From assembly GCA_051362555.1 (NCBI GenBank), contig CM120640.1, forward strand, positions 31,019,967 to 31,083,966: 64,000 nt of DNA, in the 5' to 3' direction. A model generated the notes under the pieces. That model ran no database searches, had not been told where the DNA came from, and saw only the letters and a program-made list of their open reading frames with translations. Positions within the stretch are counted from its first letter, which is position 1. Each line of letters starts with the position of its first letter. Below are positions 1 to 9,700 of the stretch, one piece after another. The translations under genes and the position numbers were made by a program. The DNA is from Lingula anatina (lineage: Eukaryota > Animalia > Brachiopoda).

Positions 1-151
1 TTCTGAAATTAGTACAAATGATGCTTAACAATAATAAAAATCTGTGATAAGCTGATCAGTTGTCCGTGTCTAATGAAGTGTTTTTTTGGGACAACATATT
101 TGGGAAAACTGAAAATTACATAGAAAAGACTGGCAAAACCCAGACCTTAAA

Positions 152-773
152 ATAGTTAAACGTTAATAATTTTTTCAAATTTTGTGCAATATTTCTGAAA
201 TTTGTACAAATGATGCTTAACAATAATAAAAATCTGTGATAAGCTGATCAGTTATCTGAGTCTTTTTTTTTTAGTGTCAAGTGTATGGGAAATTGATCAT
301 CAGAAGAGTGAGAATTAAACAAAACAAATATTTCAATATTGCAATGTATTATTTACTCTGAAAGTAAACAGCAAATGTGATGATTTGAGGTTGTTTGTGT
401 AAAATAGGCCTTAAAATAGTTAAACGTTAATAATTTAATAATAATTTGTGTAAGAGGTTGCAAATTACCTATAACTGTCATCTGGAAAACAATATATACC
501 CATACAATTGTTCTCCTTACTACCTCTGCAAGATGCAGATTACTCCTTTCTGGAAGGGGTTGTTGTTATCACAATACTCAACAAGGCCCTAAATCTTGCC
601 AAATATCATGTATTGTACACATGGAGAAGACACAGTGCTGCTCTTGGTGGTATCTTTCACTAACTGCTTTTTCAGCTTTTTCATGGTGAGGGTACTCTGA
701 AACAAGAACAATATAACTGAAAGGACTGAAAATTACATTTGAAAAGAATGACAAATTCGGTGACTTAATTAAA
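152..773 (+). repeat. Composite unit, long form (~622 bp; 10 copies) with an internal 51-bp insertion
   Basis: Extra aataggccttaaaatagttaaacgttaataatttaataataatttgtgtaa at 403-453. Long copies have junctions at about 254, 2787, 5128, 15708, 27445, 29977, 32890, 43470, 52130 and 62899. Confidence 0.96.
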
Positions 774-1540
774 ATAGTTAAACGTTAATAATTTTGTCAA
801 ATCTTGTCCAATATTTCTGAAATTTGTACAAATGATGCTTAACAACAATAAAAATCTGTGATAAGCTGATCAGTTGTCTGTGTCTAATGAAAAGTGTTTT
901 TGGGGACAACATATTTGGGAAAACTGAAAATTACATTGAAAAGACTGGGAATTTGCAGGACTTGAAATAGTTAAACGTTAATAATTTTGTCTAATCTTGT
1001 CCAATATTTCTGAAATTTGTACAAATGATGCTTAACAACAATAAAAACCTGTGATAAGCTGATCAGTTGTCTGTGTCTAATGAAAAGTGTTTTTTGGGAC
1101 AACATATTTGGGAAAACTGAAAATTACATTGAAAAGACTGGGAATTCACAGGACTTGAAATAGTTAAATGTTAATAATTTTGTCAAATCTAGTCCAATAT
1201 TTCTGAAATTTGTACAAATGATGCTTAACAACAATAAAAATCTGTGATAAGCTGATCAGCTGTCTGTATCGAATGAAAAGTCTTTTTTGGGACAACATAT
1301 TTGGGAAAACTGAAAATTACATTGAAAAGACCAAACCAAGGCCTTAAAATAGTTAAACGTTAATAATTTTGTCAAATCTTGTCCTATATTTCTGAAATTT
1401 GTACAAATGATGCTTAACAATAATAAAAATCTGTGATAAGCTGATCAGTTGTCCGTGTCTAATGAAGTGTTTTTTTGGGACAACATATTTGGGAAAACTG
1501 AAAATTACATAGAAAAGACTGGCAAAACCCAGACCTTAAA

Positions 1541-2110
1541 ATAGTTAAACGTTAATAATTTTGTTAAATTTTGTGGAATATTTCTGAAATTTGTATGAAT
1601 GATGCTTAACAATAATAAAAATCTGTGATAAGCTGATCAGTTATCTGAGTCTTTTTTTTAAGTGTCAAGTGTATGGGAAATAGATCATCAGAAGAGTGAG
1701 AATTAAACAGAACAAATATTTCAATATTGCAATGTATTATTTACTCTGAAAGTAAACAGAAAATGTGATGATTTGAAGTTGTTTGTGTAAGAGGTTGCAA
1801 ATTACCTATAACTGTCATCTGGAAAACAATATATACCCATACAAGAGTTCTCCTTACTACCTCTGCAAGATGCAGATTACTCCTTTCTGGAAGAGGTTGT
1901 TGTTATCACAATACTCAACAAGGCCCTAAATCTTGCCAAATATCATGTATTGTACACATGGAGAAGACACAGTGCTGCTCTTGGTGGTATCTTTCACTAA
2001 CTGCTTTTTCAGCTTTTTCATGGTGAGGGTACTCTGAAACAAGAACAATATAACTGAAAGGACTGAAAATTACATTTGAAAAGAATGACAAATTCGGTGA
2101 CTTAATTAAA
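1541..2110 (+). repeat. Composite unit, short form (570 bp; 30 copies): monomer 5' half, poly-T, ~400-bp non-satellite core (~1653-2051), diverged monomer tail
   Basis: atagttaaa at 1541 and 2111. The atctgagtc(t)n junction of short copies is at about 1643, 4173, 8631, 9778, 10927, 12077, 14564, 16907, 19013, 20163, 21313, 26303 (atatgagtc variant), 28834, 30977, 31935, 36393, 37540, 38689, 39839, 42326, 44669, 46200, 47349, 48499, 50986, 53329, 55435, 56585, 57735 and 61755. Confidence 0.96.
1792..2033. other. Exon-like, relatively GC-richer segment of the composite core (possible captured gene fragment; strand unresolved)
   Basis: Minus strand: ttgttcttgtttcag|AG acceptor at 2033 and TATAG|gtaatt donor at 1806. 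Plus strand: ttgtttgtgtaag|A at 1792, CATG|gtgagg at 2022, and a stop-free frame between them. No protein family recognised. Confidence 0.3.
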
Positions 2111-5100
2111 ATAGTTAAATGTTAATAATTTTTGTCAAATCTAGTCCAATATTTCTGAAATTTGTACAAATGATGCTTAACAACAATAAAATCCGTGATA
2201 AGCTGATCAGCTGTCTGTATCGAATGAAAAGTGTTTTTTGGGACATTATATTTGCGAAAACCAAAAATTACATTGAAAAGACTGGGAATTCACAGGACTT
2301 GAAATAGTTAAATGTTAATAATTTTGTCAAATCTAGTCCAATATTTCTGAAATTTGTACAAATGATGCTTAACAACAATAAAAATCTGTGATAAGCTGAT
2401 CAGTTGTTTGTATTGAATGAAAAGTGTTTTTTGGGACAACATATTTGGGAAAACTGAAAATTACATTGAAAAGACCAAACCAAGGCCTTAAAATAGTTAA
2501 ACGTTAATAATTTTGTCAAATCTTGTCCTATATTTCTGAAATTTGTACAAATGATGCTTAACAATAATAAAAATCTGTGATAAGCTGATCAGTTGTCCGT
2601 GTCTAATGAAGTGTTTTTTTGGGACAACATATTTGGGAAAACTGAAAATTACATAGAAAAGACTGGCAAAACCCAGACCTTAAAATAGTTAAACGTTAAT
2701 AATTTTTTCAAATTTTGTGCAATATTTCTGAAATTTGTACAAATGATGCTTAACAATAATAAAAATCTGTGATAAGCTGATCAGTTATCTGAGTCTTTTT
2801 TTTAAGTGTCAAGTGTATGGGAAATTGATCATCAGAAGAGTGAGAATTAAACAAAACAAATATTTCAATATTGCAATGTATTATTTACTCTGAAAGTAAA
2901 CAGCAAATGTGATGATTTGAGGTTGTTTGTGTAAAATAGGCCTTAAAATAGTTAAACGTTAATAATTTAATAATAATTTGTGTAAGAGGTTGCAAATTAC
3001 CTATAACTGTCATCTGGAAAACAATATATACCCATACAATTGTTCTCCTTACTACCTCTGCAAGATGCAGATTACTCCTTTCTGGAAGGGGTTGTTGTTA
3101 TCACAATACTCAACAAGGCCCTAAATCTTGCCAAATATCATGTATTGTACACATGGAGAAGACACAGTGCTGCTCTTGGTGGTATCTTTCACTAACTGCT
3201 TTTTCAGCTTTTTCATGGTGAGGGTACTCTGAAACAAGAACAATATAACTGAAAGGACTGAAAATTACATTTGAAAAGAATGACAAATTCGGTGACTTAA
3301 TTAAAATAGTTAAACATTAATAATTTTGACAAATTTTGTCCAGTGTTTCTGAAATCTGTACAAATGATGCTTAACAATAATAAAAATCTGTGATAAGCTG
3401 ACCAGTTGTCTGTTTCTAATGAAAAGTTTTTTGGGACAACATATTTGGGAAAACTGAAAATTACATTGAAAAGACCAAACCAAGGCCTTAAAATAGTTAA
3501 ACGTTAATAATTTTGTCAAATCTTGTCCTATATTTCTGAAATTTGTACAAATGATGCTTAACAACAATAAAAATCCGTGATAAGCTGATCAGTTGTCTGT
3601 GTATAATGAAAAGTGTTTCTTGGGACAACGTATTTGGGAAAACTGAAAATTACATTGAAAAGACTGGCAAATCCCAGGCCTTTAAATAGTTAAACGTTAA
3701 TAATTTTGTCAAATCTTGTCCTATATTTCTGAAATTTGAACAAATGATGCTTAACAACAATAGAAATCTATGATAAGCTGATCAGCTGTCTGTATCGAAT
3801 GAAAAGTGTTTTTTGGGACATTATATTTGCGAAAACCAAAAATTACATTGAAAAGACTGGGAATTCACAGGACTTGAAATAGTTAAATGTTAATAATTTT
3901 GTCAAATCTAGTCCAATATTTCTGAAATTTGTACAAATGATGCTTAACAACAATAAAAATCTGTGATAAGCTGATCAGTTGTCCGTGTCTAATGAAGTGT
4001 TTTTTTGGGACAACATATTTGGGAAAACTGAAAATTACATAGAAAAGACTGGCAAAACCCAGACCTTAAAATAGTTAAACGTTAATAATTTTGTTAAATT
4101 TTGTGGAATATTTCTGAAATTTGTACGAATGATGCTTAACAATAATAAAAATCTGTGATAAGCTGATCAGTTATCTGAGTCTTTTTTTTTAGTGTCAAGT
4201 GTATGGGAAATAGATCATCAGAAGAGTGAGAATTAAACAGATCAAATATTTCAATATTGCAATGTATTATTTACTCTGAAAGTAAACAGAAAATGTGATG
4301 ATTTGAAGTTGTTTGTGTAAGAGGTTGCAAATTACCTATAACTGTCATCTGGAAAACAATATATACCCATACAAGAGTTCTCCTTACTACCTCTGCAAGA
4401 TGCAGATTACTCCTTTCTGGAAGCGGTTGTTGTTATCACAATACTCAACAAGGCCCTAAATCTTGCCAAATATCATGTATTGTACACATGGAGAAGACAC
4501 AGTGCTGCTCTTGGTGGTATCTTTCACTAACTGCTTTTTCAGCTTTTTCATGGTGAGGGTACTCTGAAACAAGAACAATATAACTGAAAGGACTGAAAAT
4601 TACATTTGAAAAGAATGACAAATTCGGTGACTTAATTAAAATAGTTAAACGTTAATAATTTTTGTCAAATCTAGTCCAATATTTCTGAAATTTGTACAAA
4701 TGATGCTTAACAACAATAAAATCGGTGATAAGCTGATCAGCTGTCTGTATCGAATGAAAAGTGTTTTTTGGGACATTATATTTGCGAAAACCAAAAATTA
4801 CATTGAAAAGACTGGGAATTCACAGGACTTGAAATAGTTAAATGTTAATAATTTTGTCAAATCTAGTCCAATATTTCTGAAATTTGTACAAATGATGCTT
4901 AACAACAATAAAAATCTGTGATAAGCTGATCAGTTGTCCGTGTCTAATGAAGTGTTTTTTTGGGACAACATATTTGGGAAAACTGAAAATTACATAGAAA
5001 AGACTGGCAAAACCCAGACCTTAAAATAGTTAAACGTTAATAATTTTTTCAAATTTTGTGCAATATTTCTGAAATTTGTACAAATGATGCTTAACAATAA

Positions 5101-6600
5101 TAAAAATCTGTGATAAGCTGATCAGTTATCTGAGTCTTTTTTTTAAGTGTCAAGTGTATGGGAAATTGATCATCAGAAGAGTGAGAATTAAACAAAACAA
5201 ATATTTCAATATTGCAATGTATTATTTACTCTGAAAGTAAACAGCAAATGTGATGATTTGAGGTTGTTTGTGTAAAATAGGCCTTAAAATAGTTAAACGT
5301 TAATAATTTAATAATAATTTGTGTAAGAGGTTGCAAATTACCTATAACTGTCATCTGGAAAACAATATATACCCATACAAGAGTTCTCCTTACTACCTCT
5401 GCAAGATGCAGATTACTCCTTTCTGGAAGGGGTTGTTGTTATCACAATACTCAACAAGGCCCTAAATCTTGCCAAATATCATGTATTGTACACATGGAGA
5501 AGACACAGTGCTGCTCTTGGTGGTATCTTTCACTGCCTGCTTTTTCAGCTTTTTCATGGTGAGGGTACTCTGAAACAAGAACAATATAACTGCAAGGACT
5601 GAAAATTACATTTGAAAAGAATGACAAATTCGGTGACTTAATTAAAATAGTTAAACGTTAATAATTTTGTCAAATCTAGTCCAATATTTCTGAAATTTGT
5701 ACAAATGATGCTTAACAACAATAAAAATCCGTGATAAGCTGATCAGTTGTCTGTTTATAATGAAAATTTTTTTTTAGGACAATATATTTGAGAAAACCAA
5801 AAATTACATTGAAAAGACTGGCAATTCACAGGACTTGAAATAGTTAAACGTTAATAATTTTGTCAAATCTTGTCCTATATTTCTGAAATTTGTACAAATG
5901 ATGCTTAACAACAATAAAAATCCGTGATAAGCTGATCAGTTGTCTGTGTATAATGAAAAGTTTTCTTGGGACAACGTATTTGGGAAAACTGAAAATTACA
6001 TTGAAAAGACTGGCAAATCCCAGGCCTTTAAATAGTTAAACGTTAATAATTTTGTCAAATCTTGTCCTATATTTCTGAAATTTGAACAAATGATGCTTAA
6101 CAACAATAGAAATCTATGATAAGCTGATCAGCTGTCTGTATCGAATGAAAAGTGTTTTTTGGGACATTATATTTGCGAAAACCAAAAATTACATTGAAAA
6201 GACTGGGAATTCACAGGACTTGAAATAGTTAAATGTTAATAATTTTGTCAAATCTAGTCCAATATTTCTGAAATTTGTACAAATGATGCTTAACAACAAT
6301 AAAAATCTGTGATAAGCTGATCAGTTGTTTGTATTGAATAAAAAGTGTTTTTTGGGACAACATATTTGGGAAAACTGAAAATTACATTGAAAAGACCAAA
6401 CCAAGGCCTTAAAATAGTTAAACGTTAATAATTTTGTCAAATCTTGTCCTATATTTCTGAAATTTGTACAAATGATGCTTAACAACAATAAAAATCTGTG
6501 ATAAGCTGATCAGTTGTCTGTGTCTAATGAAAAGTGCTTTTTAGGACAACATATTTGGGAAAACTGAAAATTACATTGAAAAGACTGGCAAAACCCAGAC

Positions 6601-6793
6601 CTTAAAATAGTTAAACGTTAATAATTTTGTCAAATCTTGTCCTATATTTCTGAAATCTGTACAAATGATGCTTAACAACAATAAAAATCTGTGATAAGCT
6701 GATCAGCTGTCTGTATCTAATGAAAAGTGCTTTTTGGGACAACATATTTGGGAAAACTGAAAATTACATTGAAAAGACTGGCAAAACCCAGAC
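6601..6793 (+). repeat. Representative 193-bp satellite monomer
   Basis: cttaaaatagttaaacg starts at 6601 and again at 6794; cttgaaatag starts at 961 and 1154. The subtype ending aagaccaaaccaaggcctt is 4 bp shorter (189 bp) than the one ending aagactggcaaaacccagacctt. Confidence 0.97.
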
Positions 6794-9700
6794 CTTAAAA
6801 TAGTTAAACGTTAATAATTTTGTCAAATCTTGTCCTATATTTCTGAAATTTGTACAAATGATGCTTAACAACAATAAAAATCCATGATAAGCTGATCAGT
6901 TGTCTGTGTATAATGAAAAGTGTTTCTTGGGACAACGTATTTGGGAAAACTGAAAATTACATTGAAAAGACTGGCAAAACCCAGACCTTAAAATAGTTAA
7001 ACGTTAATAATTTTGTCAAATCTTGTCCTATATTTCTGAAATTTGTACAAATGATGCTTAACAACAATAAAAATCCGTGATAAGCTGATCAGTTGTCTGT
7101 TTATAATGAAAAGTTTTTTTTAGGACAATATATTTGAGAAAACCAAAAATTACATTGAAAAGACTGGGAATTCACAGGACTTGAAATAGTTAAACGTTAA
7201 TAATTTTGTCAAATCTTGTCCTATATTTCTGAAATTTGTACAAATGATGCTTAACAACAATAAAAATCCATGATAAGCTGATCAGTTGTCTGTGTATAAT
7301 GAAAAGTGTTTTTTGGGACATTATATTTGCGAAAACCAAAAATTACATTGAAAAGACTGGGAATTCACAGGACTTGAAATAGTTAAATGTTAATAATTTT
7401 GTCAAATCTAGTCCAATATTTCTGAAATTTGTACAAATGATGCTTAACAACAATAAAAATCTGTGATAAGCTGATCAGTTGTTTGTATTGAATAAAAAGT
7501 GTTTTTTGGGACAACATATTTGGGAAAACTGAAAATTACATTGAAAAGACCAAACCAAGGCCTTAAAATAGTTAAACGTTAATAATTTTGTCAAATCTTG
7601 TCCTATATTTCTGAAATCTGTACAAATGATGCTTAACAACAATAAAAATCTGTGATAAGCTGATCAGTTGTCTGTGTCTAATGAAAAGTGCTTTTTGGGA
7701 CAACATATTTGGGAAAACTGAAAATTACATTGAAAAGACTGGCAAAACCCAGACCTTAAAATAGTTAAACGTTAATAATTTTGTCAAATCTTGTCCTATA
7801 TTTCTGAAATCTGTACAAATGATGCTTAACAACAATAAAAATCTCTGATAAGCTGATCAGCTGTCTGTATCTAATGAAAAGTGCTTTTTGGGACAACATA
7901 TTTGGGAAAACTGAAAATTACATTGAAAAGACTGGCAAAACCCAGACCTTGAAATAGTTAAACGTTAATAATTTTGTCAAATCTTGTCCTATATTTCTGA
8001 AATTTGTACAAATGATGCTTAACAACAATAAAAATCTGTGATAAGCTGATCAGTTGTCTGTGTCTAATGAAAAGTGCTTTTTGGGGCAACATATTTGGGA
8101 AAACTGAAAATTACATTGAAAAGACTGGGAATTCACAGGACTTGAAATAGTTAAATGTTAATAATTTTGTCAAATCTAGTCCAATATTTCTGAAATTTGT
8201 ACAAATGATGCTTAACAACAATAAAAATCTGTGATAAGCTGATTAATTGTTTGTATTGAATGAAAAGTGTTTTTTGGGACAACATATTTGGGAAAAATGA
8301 AAATTAAATTGAAAAGACCAAACCAAGGCCTTAAAATAGTTAAACGTTAATAATTTTGTCAAATCTTGTCCTATATTTCTGAAATTTGTACAAATGATGC
8401 TTAACAAAAAATAAAAATCTGTGATAAGCTGATCAGTTGTCCGTGTCTAATGAAGTGTTTTTTTGGGACAACATATTTGGGAAAACTGAAAATTACATAG
8501 AAAAGACTGGCAAAACCCAGACCTTAAAATAGTTAAACGTTAATAATTTTGTTAAATTTTGTGGAATATTTCTGAAATTTGTACGAATGATGCTTAACAA
8601 TAATAAAGATCTGTGATAAGCTGATCAGTTATCTGAGTCTTTTTTTTAAGTGTCAAGTGTATGGGAAATAGATCATCAGAAGAGTGAGAATTAAACAGAA
8701 CAAATATTTCAATATTGCAATGTATTATTTACTCTGAAAGTAAACAGAAAATGTGATGATTTGAAGTTGTTTGTGTAAGAGGTTGCAAATTACCTATAAC
8801 TGTCATCTGGAAAACAATATATACCCATACAAGAGTTCTCCTTACTACCTCTGCAAGATGCAGATTACTCCTTTCTGGAAGCGGTTGTTGTTATCACAAT
8901 ACTCAACAAGGCCCTAAATCTTGCCAAATATCATGTATTGTACACATGGAGAAGACACAGTGCTGCTCTTGGTGGTATCTTTCACTAACTGCTTTTTCAG
9001 CTTTTTCATGGTGAGGGTACTCTGAAACAAGAACAATATAACTGAAAGGACTGAAAATTACATTTGAAAAGAATGACAAATTCGGTGACTTAATTAAAAT
9101 AGTTAAACGTTAATAATTTTGTCAAATCTTGTCCAATATTTCTGAAATTTGTACAAATGATGCTTAACAACAATAAAAATCTGTGATAAGCTGATCAGTT
9201 TCTGTGTCTAATGAAAAGTGTTTTTGGGGACAACATATTTGGGAAAACTGAAAATTACATTGAAAAGACTGGGAATTTGCAGGACTTGAAATAGTTAAAC
9301 GTTAATAATTTTGTCTAATCTTGTCCAATATTTCTGAAATTTGTACAAATGATGCTTAACAACAATAAAAACCTGTGATAAGCTGATCAGTTTCTGTGTC
9401 TAATGAAAAGTGTTTTTTGGGACAACATATTTGGGAAAACTGAAAATTACATTGAAAAGACTGGCAAATCCCAGGCCTTAAAATAGTTAAACGTTAATAA
9501 TTTTGTCAAATCTAGTCCAGTATTTCTGAAATTTGCACAAATGATGCTTAACAACAATAAAAACCTGTGATAAGCTGATCAGTTATCTGTGTCTAATGAA
9601 AAGTGCTTTTTGGGACAACATATTTGGGAAAACTGAAAATTACATTGAAAAGACTGGCAAAACCCAGACCTTAAAATAGTTAAACGTTAATAATTTTGTT

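Noticed and set aside
1653-2051. Core as a tandem RNA gene (5S, tRNA, snRNA, SL RNA) or a MITE/SINE/solo LTR
   Set aside because: I recognised no A/B boxes, cloverleaf, known RNA sequence, terminal inverted repeats, TG...CA ends or TSD. An Rfam/Dfam search is needed to exclude this formally.
2119-2307. 62-aa ORF (identical copy at 29309-29497)
   Set aside because: It is a translation of one satellite monomer, opened by the aaatgtt variant and small indels. The two copies are identical only because of the 27-kb duplication.
3310-3567. 85/84-aa minus-strand ORFs (also 30500-30754)
   Set aside because: They lie wholly in monomers and depend on a private deletion fusing frames; no recognisable protein features.
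6611-6745. ~44-codon minus-strand ORF in many monomers (MLSQK.LFIR.RQLISLSQIFIVVKHHLY.FQKYRTRFDKIINV), with a tttcag acceptor-like site and a possible 37-nt gt...ag intron
   Set aside because: The length is attainable by chance. Common subtypes frameshift it or lose the ATG, the GT is not conserved across tail subtypes, and the putative 156-nt exon has stops in all frames.
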